Positions 38,235 through 47,980 of a stretch of DNA of 64,000 bases are shown one piece after another. Position numbers and translations under genes: made by a program. The stretch's first letter is position 1; every line of letters begins with the position of its first letter. The notes beneath the pieces are model-generated. The model did not search any database. It saw only the letters and a program-made list of their open reading frames with translations, and had not been told where the DNA came from. Origin of the DNA: Armatimonadota bacterium (lineage in GTDB: Bacteria; Armatimonadota; Fimbriimonadia; Fimbriimonadales; GBS-DC); assembly GCA_037445735.1 (NCBI GenBank), contig JBBIJY010000009.1, positions 12,974 to 76,973 on the forward strand. Direction: 5' to 3'.

Positions 38235-39548
38235 CTATGGGCGGGCGCGATACTTCTCGTAGAGCCGAATGTGCTTGCTGGTCATCTCGATGGGGCGTCC
38301 AGCAATCCACACCTGGCGCACCTGCGTGCGGATGTCCAGCGGGTCGCCCGTGGTGAGAATGAGATTCGCGTCTTTGCCGGGTTCGATCGTGCCGAGCCGA
38401 TGCTCCAGCCCCAGAATGCGCGCAGGGTAGAGCGTGATGGCTTTCAGACCCTCTTCGTAGGGCAATCCGAAGGCGACCGCCGTCGCCACATGGTAAGGCA
38501 GGTTGCGCACATTGCTGTCATCCGCGCTGGCGATGCAGAACAGCACGCCCTTCTCGTGGAGCCGGCGCGGCTCGGTGAACGGCTCGTCATACGGCGCGTC
38601 CTCGCTGCGAGGGAGCTGATGCACGCGCTGTAAGATCACGGGCACACCCTTTTCGCGCAGTAAGTCGGCGACTTTCCATGCCTCGTCGCCGCCCACAATC
38701 ACGATTCGCACCTTCTCTTCCTCCGCCCAGCGGACGGCTGCCTGAATGCCCAGCGCACTGGTAACGCGCACAAACAGTAGCAGCTTGCCCTCCAGGATGG
38801 GTAGCATCGCTTCGAAGCGCGGGTCGCGCTCGTGCAGGGGTACGCCGTCTTTGCCTTCGGTGCTGCGAGCGCGGGCGTAGCGGCGCGCGTTCTCGAAAAA
38901 CTCACGCAGCGGTCGCATGCGGCTCTCCCAGTCGCGCAGGCGCGACTCCGCCGACTGACCCGCCTCGCCCGACGGCGATGGGAAGTTCACAAAGACCCCA
39001 ATCGGTGTCTTGAGGCACATGTCTTCCCATGTCCAGCCGTCCAGATTGATCACGCAGCCCATGCCCGACAGCATGCCGCCGCTGGGCGCGACCACCGCCG
39101 TGGTGATACCGTTCACACGGGCGACAGGGATCAGCTCCGAATCGGGATTGATGGCGATTTCGGCGCGCACATTCGGGTTGAACGCGCCCGTCTCGGCGGT
39201 ATCGTTGGTGGCGGGCACGGAGCCGACCTCGGTCAGCCCCAGCGTGGTACTGGCATCGATGAAGCCCGGATAGAGGTGCAGCCCCTTCGCATCGTACACC
39301 TGCGCATCGGGCGGCACGCTCACCTGCGTGCCCACCGCCTCGATGCGCCCGTCGCGAATCAGCACCGTCGCGCCCTCTATCGTCGCGCCACTGATCGGAT
39401 GAACCGTCGCATTAACAATCGCGTAAACGCCCTTCGTGGTGAGCGGTCGCTCGCGCGACGCCGTGTACACGGGTCCCAGCGAGCTGCCAGACCCATCCCA
39501 CGCCAAGCCACCAAGCCATAAACCCAGCATCCACAGCCATGCACGCAT
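38235..39548 (-). CDS. Secreted amidohydrolase-family metallohydrolase
   Basis: A signal peptide is followed by the N-terminal composite domain VNATVHPISG..IEGATVLIRDGRIEAVG and then PGFIDASTTLGL. A C-terminal GTIEPGKDANLIL motif is typical of the amidohydrolase superfamily. Confidence 0.75.
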   Translation of the reverse strand: MRAWLWMLGLWLGGLAWDGSGSSLGPVYTASRERPLTTKGVYAIVNATVHPISGATIEGATVLIRDGRIEAVGTQVSVPPDAQVYDAKGLHLYPGFIDASTTLGLTEVGSVPATNDTAETGAFNPNVRAEIAINPDSELIPVARVNGITTAVVAPSGGMLSGMGCVINLDGWTWEDMCLKTPIGVFVNFPSPSGEAGQSAESRLRDWESRMRPLREFFENARRYARARSTEGKDGVPLHERDPRFEAMLPILEGKLLLFVRVTSALGIQAAVRWAEEEKVRIVIVGGDEAWKVADLLREKGVPVILQRVHQLPRSEDAPYDEPFTEPRRLHEKGVLFCIASADDSNVRNLPYHVATAVAFGLPYEEGLKAITLYPARILGLEHRLGTIEPGKDANLILTTGDPLDIRTQVRQVWIAGRPIEMTSKHIRLYEKYRARP

Positions 39549-39695
39549 AGCGAATCTTCCTTTTCACGCCCCGAAGCCACTTTCCTGCAAAAGCGCGGCG
39601 AAAACCCGATAATTAATCGGGAACCTGACGCGCCAGCGCACCGACAGAAGGCATGTGGATGGGGTACAATAGAATCGCATGGAGGACGAAGCGGA

Positions 39696-40100
39696 ATGAA
39701 GAAGATTCTGGTGGTAGATGACGAGCGACACATTGTGCGCCTGATTCAGGTCAACCTGGAGCGTCAGGGCTATCAGGTCGTCACGGCACACGACGGGAAG
39801 GAGGCGCTGGAGAAGGTGGCTTCCGAGAAGCCCGATCTGGTCGTGCTGGATGTGATGATGCCCTATATGGACGGTTTTGAGGTTCTGCGCCACCTGCGGC
39901 GCGATCCGGAGACGGCGGAGCTGCCCGTGATTATGCTGACCGCGAAGGCGCAGGATATGGATGTGTTCCGCGGGTATCAGGAGGGCGTCGATATGTACCT
40001 GACGAAGCCGTTCAACCCGCAGGAGCTGCTGGCGTTTGTGCGACGGATTTTCCGCGCACGCGAGACAGGTGAAGATGGTGAAAGCCGCTACCAACTCTGA
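39696..40100 (+). CDS. Single-domain response regulator (CheY-like receiver)
   Basis: MKKILVVDDE...PDLVVLDVMMPYMDGFEVL...PVIMLTAK...YLTKPF carries the complete receiver motif set (DD, D, T, K). Confidence 0.9.
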   Translation: MKKILVVDDERHIVRLIQVNLERQGYQVVTAHDGKEALEKVASEKPDLVVLDVMMPYMDGFEVLRHLRRDPETAELPVIMLTAKAQDMDVFRGYQEGVDMYLTKPFNPQELLAFVRRIFRARETGEDGESRYQL

Positions 40101-40302
40101 GGGTCGCGCTCGCTACTGGTATGGCTGGATGCTCGGCGCAGCGGTGATTACCGCCGCGATTACCGCGCTGGCGGTCTATCGGCGCGTGCAGGAGCGCCAC
40201 GCGCAGCCCGAATATCGCGCGGAGCGCGCCTATCAGCGCGGGCTGAAACAGGTGCAGACGGTGGAGGAGCGCATCCCGCGCTGGCTGGCGGAGCGCAGCT
40301 GA
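40075..40302 (+). CDS. Small hypothetical membrane protein (one TM)
   Basis: The internal ATG (MVKAATNSEG...) of track ORF 40036..40302 overlaps the response-regulator 3' end. There is one hydrophobic helix (WMLGAAVITAAITALAVY). Weak call. Confidence 0.3.
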   Translation: MVKAATNSEGRARYWYGWMLGAAVITAAITALAVYRRVQERHAQPEYRAERAYQRGLKQVQTVEERIPRWLAERS

Positions 40303-40368
40303 GCGCCTGCCAGAAGCCGTTCGCAACGCGACACACCCAACCCCCATCGCTATTCATGGAGGCACAGC

Positions 40369-41637
40369 GTGGCGGTTAAAGTGGTGGTGGGCGCCCAGTG
40401 GGGCGACGAAGCCAAAGGCAAAATCGTCGACCTGTTCGCACAGGATGCCGATTTCGTCGTGCGCTACGCCGGCGGTAGCAACGCCGGACACACCGTCTGC
40501 ACCGATGGACAAACCTATAAGTTCCATCTGATCCCCTCCGGCATTCTGCACCCGCGGGTGACGCCCGTGATCGCCGACGGCGTGGTGGTGGATCTGTGGG
40601 CGCTGGAGTCGGAAGCGGACGCGCTTGCCCGACAGGGCATCGATGTCTCACGCCTGCGCATCGGGCTGGGCGCGCACCTGACCCTGCCCTACCACCGTAT
40701 GCTGGACGAGCTGAGCGAATCGCACGCTGATGGGCGGCTCGGCACCACCCGCCGCGGCATCGGACCCGCCTACGCCGACAAAGCCGCCCGAATCGGGCTG
40801 CGCATGGCAGACCTGCTGGACCCTGAACGCTGTCGAACCCGCCTGCTGCGCGTGCTGACCACCCGCAACGCGACCTTTCAGCGGGTGTATCACGCGCCGC
40901 CCCTCGACGCCGACGCGCTGCTAACTGAACTGATGCGCCTTGCAGAGCGGTGGCGGGCATGCCTCGTGGATGTGCCTGCCCTGCTGATGGACGCGCTGGA
41001 TGCAGGACGCGGAATCGTGCTGGAGGGCGCGCAGGGAACCCTGCTCGATCTGGATTACGGCACCTACCCCTATGTGACCTCGTCGCATCCGGTGGCGGCG
41101 GGCGCATGTCTGGGCACGGGCATCCCGCCGCGCCAGCTGGACGAAATCTGGGGCGTGGCAAAAGCCTACACCACGCGCGTGGGCGAGGGACCCTTCCCGA
41201 CGGAGCTGGCAGACGAGGTGGGCGACTATATTCGTGAGCGCGGGCGCGAGTATGGCACCACCACCGGGCGCGCCCGCCGCTGCGGATGGCTCGATCTGGT
41301 CGCCCTGCGCTACGCCGCCCGAATCAACGGCTTTGACGCGCTGGCTATCACCCTGCTCGATGTGCTGTCGGGATTGCCGACGCTTCGAGTCTGCACCGCC
41401 TATCGGCTGGGTGGGAGGCTCACGGAGCGATTTATCCCCGACGGCTTCACCCTCGCCCGCTGCGAACCCGTCTATACCGAGCTGCCAGGCTGGCAGGAGG
41501 ACATCAGCGACTGCCAGCAGCGCGACCAGCTGCCGCCAAACGCCCAGCGCTATCTGGAGTTCATCGAATCGTATGTGGGCGTGCCGATCCGAATCATCTC
41601 CGTCGGCGCCAGCCGCGAACAGACCATCCTCTGCTGA
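40369..41637 (+). CDS. purA: Adenylosuccinate synthase
   Basis: VVVGAQWGDEAKGKIVD (P-loop), GGSNAGHTV and TTRVGEGPFPTEL are canonical PurA motifs. GTG start. Confidence 0.95.
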   Translation: MAVKVVVGAQWGDEAKGKIVDLFAQDADFVVRYAGGSNAGHTVCTDGQTYKFHLIPSGILHPRVTPVIADGVVVDLWALESEADALARQGIDVSRLRIGLGAHLTLPYHRMLDELSESHADGRLGTTRRGIGPAYADKAARIGLRMADLLDPERCRTRLLRVLTTRNATFQRVYHAPPLDADALLTELMRLAERWRACLVDVPALLMDALDAGRGIVLEGAQGTLLDLDYGTYPYVTSSHPVAAGACLGTGIPPRQLDEIWGVAKAYTTRVGEGPFPTELADEVGDYIRERGREYGTTTGRARRCGWLDLVALRYAARINGFDALAITLLDVLSGLPTLRVCTAYRLGGRLTERFIPDGFTLARCEPVYTELPGWQEDISDCQQRDQLPPNAQRYLEFIESYVGVPIRIISVGASREQTILC

Positions 41638-41698
41638 TACTGTGGCAGGAGTGTCGTGCTAACCGTCGAATCGCTGGGTCGAGAGCGAGGAGAGGCAG

Positions 41699-42415
41699 AT
41701 GCTGATACCGATACGCGACCATAACCCGACGCGGCGGTTCCCTATCGTCACGGTGGCGCTGATAGTGGTCAACACCATCGTGTTCCTGATGCAGCAGTTC
41801 GACCCGCACATCACGCTCTACTACTCGGCGATACCTGCGGAGGTGCTGCGCAATCAGCCCGGCGTCCTCTATGTGCCTGTGGAGGTGATGCCGGGCATCG
41901 TTCAGCGTGTGCCCATCGAGCGCGAGGTTGCGCCTCAAATCACCCTCTTCACCTCGATGTTTCTACACGGTGGCTGGCTGCACCTGATTGGCAACATGTG
42001 GTCGCTGTGGATATTTGGCAACAATGTGGAGGACACGCTGGGGCACTGGCGCTATCTGGTTTTGTATATCGTGTGGGGCTATCTGGCGGCGTGGTCGCAC
42101 ATTTTGCCGAACATGAACTCCACAGTGCCGGTGGTGGGCGCGAGCGGCGCGATTGCGGGCGTGATGGGCGCGTACGCGCTCCTCTTTCCGCATGCGCGAC
42201 TGGACTGCATGCTGCTCTTTTTCGTGCTGACCTTCGTGGAGGTGCCCGCGATCTTCTTTCTGGTGTTCTGGTTCGTGTCGCAGTTCTTTGTGGCGTCGCC
42301 CGGGATTGCCTATCTGGCGCATATCGGGGGTTTCGTGGCGGGCTGGGTGACCATCAAACTGCTGGGTGGTCGCGACGCGCTGCTGCCCCACCGCCGCTAC
42401 TGGGACGATTACTGA
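41699..42415 (+). CDS. Rhomboid-family intramembrane serine protease
   Basis: Motifs HGGWLHLIGNM, GASGAIAGVMGAY (catalytic GxSG) and AHIGGFVAG (catalytic His), with 6 TM segments. Confidence 0.85.
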   Translation: MLIPIRDHNPTRRFPIVTVALIVVNTIVFLMQQFDPHITLYYSAIPAEVLRNQPGVLYVPVEVMPGIVQRVPIEREVAPQITLFTSMFLHGGWLHLIGNMWSLWIFGNNVEDTLGHWRYLVLYIVWGYLAAWSHILPNMNSTVPVVGASGAIAGVMGAYALLFPHARLDCMLLFFVLTFVEVPAIFFLVFWFVSQFFVASPGIAYLAHIGGFVAGWVTIKLLGGRDALLPHRRYWDDY

Positions 42416-42518
42416 TTCAGACGGAAAAAAAAACCCGAATCGGGACTAAAGCCCCTTTTCCATCGCCAATTTTGGGGTATACTTTAGGTGCAGGTTCATT
42501 ACCTGCAAAGGAGGCTTA

Positions 42519-45500
42519 ATGAACAACCATATGATTCACCCGCTGCCTGGCAGCTGGGGAGCGAAGTTGCTTCTGGCAAGCTGTGTGTTCGTGATGCTGG
42601 CGAACGCTGCCCCAGAGGGAACCTGCTCTTCTAATGCTTGCGTGTTGCCTGCGACCATGCAGGCGCTGGAGCAGCAGATGCGTGAGGCGTATCAGGCGCG
42701 CAAAAGCTGCAAACCCGAACCCCCGATCGAAGTTCGGCTCGAACTGGCACAGTCGCCTGTGCGGAGTCAGCCCGTGCAGGTGGTCTTCTCCGTGTTGCCG
42801 TTTGAGTTCCTGCACAACGCCGAGATCAGCTGGGATGTATCGGAGGGCATCAGCGTGCTGAGCCGCCCCCAGCCCCTTCAGAACCTGCAGATCGACACCA
42901 AGGGCGTGTCCCAGTATCGGCTAACGGTGCAGTTCAACCGTGCGGGCAAGTACGAGATTGCGGCATCGGTGGTGGAGCGTGGCAACGGCTTCACGATGGG
43001 TCGGCGCGTGCATCTCTATTTCGATGTGCGTCCCGACGGCACGATTGAGGTGAGCCGATTGCCCTTCTGGGAGCCGCTTAAGGAGCCGCCCGCAGCGCAG
43101 GAGGTTCCTCCATCCGAACGGATTACGCCGCCTGCCCCCGATTCGCTGGCGCATCTGGGCATCCCACCTGCCCCCCAATCCGAACCCGTGAACGACGACG
43201 AGACCGTTTCGCCTCAGGGTCCCACGGGCACCGCGCGCGTGCGCGGCTACTTCTACTATCGCCACCGCGATGGAACCCTGCATGGCGCGTACGGCGCCCT
43301 CGTGCAAATCTGGGACGACGACAGCTGGTCGGGTGATGACCTGCTGGCGGAAGCCGTCTGCGGGAGCGACGGCTTCTTTGAAACGCCCGACTTCGACAAC
43401 GGCAACGATGGCGACCCGTTCGATGACGCCTCACAGGAGCCGTATGTGCGCTGGTACGCCCGCAACGGGCGCGTGAATGTGGTGCATTACACGGGCGGAC
43501 ATAACTTCCAGGTGAACGGACCCTCAAGCACCGACCTGCCCGATGGCGTGTGGGATATTGGCGGCTGGTTCATCGATACCGATGGCCCCGGCAACTATCC
43601 CGATGATGGCTGGGAAGCCGCCTACGAGATCTGCGACGCGCTCAGTCGCGCCTGGGCAAGCTACTACTACGGGCTGGGCTATGACCTCGCGCTCATCAAC
43701 TGCCGCTGGCAGGAGGGCGGCTCCGATGGCGCCTACTATGAGGGCGGTTCCCAGCGCATCACCCTCCGCGATGGCGACCAGCAGGACGACTCGGTCATCT
43801 TCCACGAATACGGGCACCATGTGATGCAGGTGGTCAAGGGCGGTTTCCCGCCCGGTTCTGGCGGCGCTCATAGCTGGTTCGGCTGCTACAACGGCGGACT
43901 CGCCTGGAGCGAAGGCTGGGCAACCTACTCCGGTCAAAGCTCGCTGGGCGGTACCACCTACTGCGACACACCCGGCGTGGGTGATTCGGCGAACTTCTGC
44001 GTGAATGTGGAGACGACCACAGGCAACTGCTTCGACGGCACCGTTGGCACGACAGGTGAAGCCTCCGTGCTGTCCTCGCTCTGGGATGTGTATGACAATC
44101 TGGCGGGCGACCCCCATCCGCGGGACCGCCTCGCGCTGGGACGCAGCGCCATCTGGGACACCTTCGTCAACGGCGGAACCCTCAACCACATGCTGGACTT
44201 TGTCAATGCATGGTTCGCGCGCGGGTACGACTACGACTCCGCCTTTCGCGATATTATGCGCGACCACCGAATCCTGGCGGAAATCAGCAACTTCGTGACG
44301 GTGGAGATCGACCACACCTATCGGGGTGACCTGGTGGTGGATGTGGGCGTGGGCAATCCCGACGCGCCGCTTTATTCCAAGCGTATCTGGAACCGCGCAG
44401 GCGGCAGTGCGGACAACCTCTACATTCAGGAGAGCGTGGCGGACGCGCCCAGCTTCTACCTGAACAACCCCGACGAGAGCGTGGTCTGGTTCTGCAAAGT
44501 GTACGATGCTGCGGGCCTGGATCAGGGCACCCTGCGCCGATTCAGCCTGACCACTAACAACACTTATGTATCGGGCAATGTGCCCCAACCTGTAACGGAC
44601 TTCAACGCGACCTATGCCTTCTACCCGACGCGCACCGCACGCCACGCCCTGATTGGGCTGGATCACACATACAGGGGCGACCTCGTGGTGACGATAGGGG
44701 CTGGCGATCCGAGCAGTCCGCTCTGGAGCCGCGTGGTGGCAAACCGCACGGGCGGCTCGCTGGACAACATGTGGTGCCAGGTGGACCTTTCGAGCGCCGC
44801 CGCGTTCCTACCCCCTGACCCGCGCACCTGCGACATGCGCGGCTGGTGGGTCAAAGTGGAGGACCGGGCAGGCGCCGATGAGGGCACGCTGCACACCTTC
44901 CTCATCAATAACAACGGCAGTATCACCGACACGAACGATGCGGATCAGCCGATTGTGGACTTCAGCACCAGCTACCTGCGTCAGTGGGGCGACAGCGTCT
45001 GGACCGCAATTACACCCGTTACGGGCGCTTACGGACAGACCGTGCCGCTGAGCGTGCGTATGAATGCTGTCAATCTGGTCAGCTGGATCTGCAACCGCGC
45101 CATCGCCTTCTCCGTGGCGGGCAACCCTGCGGGCAGCGCGAACACCGATGTCAACGGCTGGGCAAGCGTCAACTACACCATCCCTGAAAGCCTTGCCGTC
45201 AGCACGCATAATGTGACCTTCGCCTTCGCGGGCGACTTCTTCTTCAGCGCGCGTACCGCGACCGTCGCCGCGCTGACCGTGCAGAAGGCGAACACCAGCC
45301 TCAGTGTGGTGAACCGCTCCGGCTTCATCGGGCAGACGATTCAACTGCAGGCGACGCTCCGCCGCACCACCGATAACGCGCCGCTGACAGGCAGAAGCGT
45401 GCAGTTCCGCATCGATGGCAACCCCGTCGGCAGCGCAAACACCAACGCCTCTGGCATCGCCACGCTCAACTACACCATCCCGAATATCGCCTGCGACAAC

Positions 45501-45743
45501 CACACCATTCAGGCGGTCTTTGCGGGCGACAGCTGGTACAACGCCGGCTCAGGCGACGCCACGCTGACCGTTCGCCTGCAGGGCGATGTGAACGGCGATC
45601 ACGTGGTGGATGACGCCGACCTGCTCGCGGTGCTGTTTGCGTTCGGTCAGACAGGGAGCCGCCCCGAAGATGTGAACAGCGACGGCGTGGTGGATGACGC
45701 CGACCTGCTGATTGTGCTGTTCAACTTCGGGCAGAGCTGCTAA
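42519..45743 (+). CDS. Large secreted multidomain protein: HExxH metalloprotease-like core, two P-domain-like modules, Ig-like repeats, C-terminal dockerin-like double repeat
   Basis: Signal peptide (...MLANA|AP). The motif is VIFHEYGHHVMQ. Two repeats read (I/L)DHTYRGDLVV..G.G.P..PL.S....NR.GGS.DN. Two repeats read ..(F)...GNP.GSANT...G.A..NYTIP. The tail is GDVNGDHVVDDADLLAVLFAFGQ...DVNSDGVVDDADLLIVLFNFGQSC. Confidence 0.6.
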   Translation: MNNHMIHPLPGSWGAKLLLASCVFVMLANAAPEGTCSSNACVLPATMQALEQQMREAYQARKSCKPEPPIEVRLELAQSPVRSQPVQVVFSVLPFEFLHNAEISWDVSEGISVLSRPQPLQNLQIDTKGVSQYRLTVQFNRAGKYEIAASVVERGNGFTMGRRVHLYFDVRPDGTIEVSRLPFWEPLKEPPAAQEVPPSERITPPAPDSLAHLGIPPAPQSEPVNDDETVSPQGPTGTARVRGYFYYRHRDGTLHGAYGALVQIWDDDSWSGDDLLAEAVCGSDGFFETPDFDNGNDGDPFDDASQEPYVRWYARNGRVNVVHYTGGHNFQVNGPSSTDLPDGVWDIGGWFIDTDGPGNYPDDGWEAAYEICDALSRAWASYYYGLGYDLALINCRWQEGGSDGAYYEGGSQRITLRDGDQQDDSVIFHEYGHHVMQVVKGGFPPGSGGAHSWFGCYNGGLAWSEGWATYSGQSSLGGTTYCDTPGVGDSANFCVNVETTTGNCFDGTVGTTGEASVLSSLWDVYDNLAGDPHPRDRLALGRSAIWDTFVNGGTLNHMLDFVNAWFARGYDYDSAFRDIMRDHRILAEISNFVTVEIDHTYRGDLVVDVGVGNPDAPLYSKRIWNRAGGSADNLYIQESVADAPSFYLNNPDESVVWFCKVYDAAGLDQGTLRRFSLTTNNTYVSGNVPQPVTDFNATYAFYPTRTARHALIGLDHTYRGDLVVTIGAGDPSSPLWSRVVANRTGGSLDNMWCQVDLSSAAAFLPPDPRTCDMRGWWVKVEDRAGADEGTLHTFLINNNGSITDTNDADQPIVDFSTSYLRQWGDSVWTAITPVTGAYGQTVPLSVRMNAVNLVSWICNRAIAFSVAGNPAGSANTDVNGWASVNYTIPESLAVSTHNVTFAFAGDFFFSARTATVAALTVQKANTSLSVVNRSGFIGQTIQLQATLRRTTDNAPLTGRSVQFRIDGNPVGSANTNASGIATLNYTIPNIACDNHTIQAVFAGDSWYNAGSGDATLTVRLQGDVNGDHVVDDADLLAVLFAFGQTGSRPEDVNSDGVVDDADLLIVLFNFGQSC

Positions 45744-45766
45744 CCGCAGTTAGGCAACCCTTCAGG

Positions 45767-45805
45767 GCACGGGGGGTACGCTCGCCTCCCGTGCTTTTTT
45801 TTTTT
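45767..45805 (+). terminator. Rho-independent terminator
   Basis: GCACGGGGG-10 nt-CTCCCGTGC forms a 9-bp stem with one G-U pair. It is followed by a run of 11 T that abuts the convergent cdd stop. Confidence 0.8.
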
Positions 45806-46200
45806 CACAGGCGGAAAGCATGAGGGAGCAGCTCGGCTAAGGTGAAGCGTGCCACGGGGTGTTCCGGGGTGGCAATCAGCACAGGCACAGCCTGCGGGTT
45901 CGGGGCGAACTCCATCAGCACCTGTCGGCATGCGCCACAGGGTGTGCCGCCATCCATCGTGACGACCGCCAGCGCCACGATTTCGCGCGCGCCGTCGGCA
46001 ACCGCGTGAAAAACGGCGGCACGCTCGGCACAGATGCTCAGCCCATAGCTGGCGTTCTCCACATTACAGCCCGTAAAGATTCGCCCGTCGGCGGTACGGA
46101 TTGCTGCGCCGACCGCATAGTTCGAGTAGGGCGCATAGGCTCGCTCGCGCGCCTGCCGCGCCCGCTCAATCAGTTCCTGCTCCTCCGGGCGAAGGCTCAT
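45805..46200 (-). CDS. cdd: Cytidine deaminase
   Basis: CAERAAVFHAV (zinc-ligand C/HAE motif) and PCGACRQVLMEF are present, and the 131-aa length is typical of the tetrameric type. Confidence 0.9.
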   Translation of the reverse strand: MSLRPEEQELIERARQARERAYAPYSNYAVGAAIRTADGRIFTGCNVENASYGLSICAERAAVFHAVADGAREIVALAVVTMDGGTPCGACRQVLMEFAPNPQAVPVLIATPEHPVARFTLAELLPHAFRL

Positions 46201-46532
46201 TCGTCGTCCTCTGAATCGTCCGCCGCGCCTGCCAGCTCCTCTTCGAACATGGCTTCCATCTCGGCAGGGTCTTCGTCCATCGCCGCGCTCATCTCGCGCA
46301 GGAAGCTGCGCATCGTGCGGGGATCATCGGGGTCGCCTGCCATCTCCATGCGGTCGGCAAGGTCGTCCAGCATCTGGTCTTCGGTGCGCAGGCGGGCGAC
46401 GCGCGATACGAGCCGTCGCGACTGCTGCGCCCCGCAGTGCGGGCAGGTCTGCGGCTCGTCCCGCTCCGCGATGCTCAACAACAGCGTGAACCGTCGCCGA
46501 CACGCCTGACACCGATACTCGTACAGCGGCAT
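46197..46532 (-). CDS. FmdB-family zinc-ribbon protein
   Basis: MPLYEYRCQACRRRF....CPHCG is the family signature, followed by an acidic tail. It overlaps the cdd start by 4 nt. Confidence 0.7.
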   Translation of the reverse strand: MPLYEYRCQACRRRFTLLLSIAERDEPQTCPHCGAQQSRRLVSRVARLRTEDQMLDDLADRMEMAGDPDDPRTMRSFLREMSAAMDEDPAEMEAMFEEELAGAADDSEDDE

Positions 46533-46533
46533 A

Positions 46534-47460
46534 TCAGCCCATCACCTTCTGGATGGTCTCTTTCAGCACGCCTGCCGAGCTTTGCAACGCCGTCCGCTCC
46601 TCGTCGCTGACCGAAATCTCGACGATTGCCTGCACGCCCGTGCGTCCCAGTCGTGTGGGCAGGGAGAAGCACACATCGCGGATGCCGAGCGCGCCCGTCT
46701 GCAGGGTGGACACAGGCAGAATCTGGCGGCTGTCCTGCGCGATCGCGTTCACCACCTCGCAGATGGCGACGCCGACCGCATAGCCCGCGCCACCCTTGAG
46801 CCGAATGACCTCCGCGCCGCTGCGCCGCGTGAAGTCGAAAATCTCGTCCATCTTCTCCCGGCTGTAGCCCGGGTAGTCTTTGAGAGGCACGCCCGCGATG
46901 GTCGCGCTGCTCCAGATGGGCACCATCGAGTCGCCATGCTCGCCCAGAATGAGCGCGTTCACATCGGTGGCTGCCACCTGGAAATACTCCGCTAACAGCG
47001 AGCGGAATCGGCAGGTGTCCAGCACCGTGCCCAGCCCGATCACGCGCCCGGCGGGCAGTCCCGACTCTTTGACCGCCAGATAGGTCAGCACATCAACGGG
47101 GTTGGACACCACCAGCAGGATGGCATCCGGGGCAAGCGACACGGCGCGCAACGAGCCGAGAATCTCGCGGAACAGCCCCACATTGCGATTGATCAGCTCC
47201 AGTCGGCTCTCGTCGGGTCGGCGGCGCAGCCCGGCGGTGATAATCACCAGATTGGCGCCATCGAGCGCGTCGTAGTCGCCCGCATAGATTCGGATGGGTT
47301 GCGACATGGCGGCGCCGTGCCGCAGGTCTAACGCTTCGCCTTCCGCCGCCTCGCGATTAATGTCCAGCAACACGATTTCGGAGACCGCGCCTTTGAGTTG
47401 CAGGGCATAGGCGGCGTTGGAGCCGACCCGCCCGCCTCCGCCGACAATACCAACCTTCAT
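46534..47460 (-). CDS. L-lactate/malate dehydrogenase family enzyme (Arg at the specificity position suggests malate dehydrogenase)
   Basis: Motifs MKVGIVGGGGRVGS, ITAGLRRRPDESRLEL and LGEHGDS. Canonical LDH has Gln in GARQKPGETR, whereas here the aligned residue is Arg. The specificity call is inference only. Confidence 0.85.
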   Translation of the reverse strand: MKVGIVGGGGRVGSNAAYALQLKGAVSEIVLLDINREAAEGEALDLRHGAAMSQPIRIYAGDYDALDGANLVIITAGLRRRPDESRLELINRNVGLFREILGSLRAVSLAPDAILLVVSNPVDVLTYLAVKESGLPAGRVIGLGTVLDTCRFRSLLAEYFQVAATDVNALILGEHGDSMVPIWSSATIAGVPLKDYPGYSREKMDEIFDFTRRSGAEVIRLKGGAGYAVGVAICEVVNAIAQDSRQILPVSTLQTGALGIRDVCFSLPTRLGRTGVQAIVEISVSDEERTALQSSAGVLKETIQKVMG

Positions 47461-47684
47461 CCCATAGCCCTCCAGAAAAGGAGTATACCCGATGCTGCAG
47501 GCTGGTGTGCAGCACCAGAATTGCAGCTCGGCTGGCGTTTTCCGGCAGAGTGGAAGCGGCTAAAGCCGTTCGCCGGCAAACGATGCCCGCATGCGCCGAT
47601 TTGAGCTGACGCGAGTCCGCTCCGTTTGCCCAGGAACGGCTTCAGCCGCTATAGAACCCCCATCGGGATGGTTGTATGGGAACT

Positions 47685-47897
47685 TTATGCTGCCTTGCGT
47701 TCCAGCACATTCACATTCACGATGCGGTCGAGCCGAATCTCGCCGTAATCGGTGATCAGGCACAGCCCGTAGAGGGGCACGAAGGTCACATCGGTCACGA
47801 ACACCTGCTTCGTCTGTATCTCCCCGTGGCGGTTGCGCCATGCCACCTCGCAGGTGGTACCAACATACTGCTGGGCTTCCTTGAAGCTCATCGTCAC
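47685..47897 (-). CDS. Small hypothetical protein (70 aa)
   Basis: GGAGG lies 8 nt upstream of the ATG. The ORF sits between lpxD and the dehydrogenase gene on the same strand. No motif is recognised. Confidence 0.4.
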   Translation of the reverse strand: MTMSFKEAQQYVGTTCEVAWRNRHGEIQTKQVFVTDVTFVPLYGLCLITDYGEIRLDRIVNVNVLERKAA

Positions 47898-47980
47898 AGC
47901 CTCCCCTGAAAGTGATATGCTATGGGGGATTCTGCCGCGCCGATGGGCAACTCTTTTCGGTCAAAATACGGGTTTTGGGG

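Noticed and set aside
42425-42444. A9 run plus CCCGAATCGGG as a minus-strand intrinsic terminator upstream of the 1074-aa gene
   Set aside because: The realistic stem is only 4 bp (CCCG/CGGG with a 3-nt loop), and no minus-strand gene would use it. It is too weak to call.
43524-44666. 380-aa minus-strand ORF
   Set aside because: It is antisense to the 1074-aa secreted protein gene and has no motif.
47461-47684. 224-nt spacer between the 70-aa ORF and the dehydrogenase gene as a possible ncRNA
   Set aside because: Some short helices can be drawn (for example CCGGC...GCCGG enclosing GCGGC-taaa-GCCGT). I recognise no known RNA family or terminator. The region probably contains just the promoter (TGCACA-18-TATACT on the minus strand) and leader.
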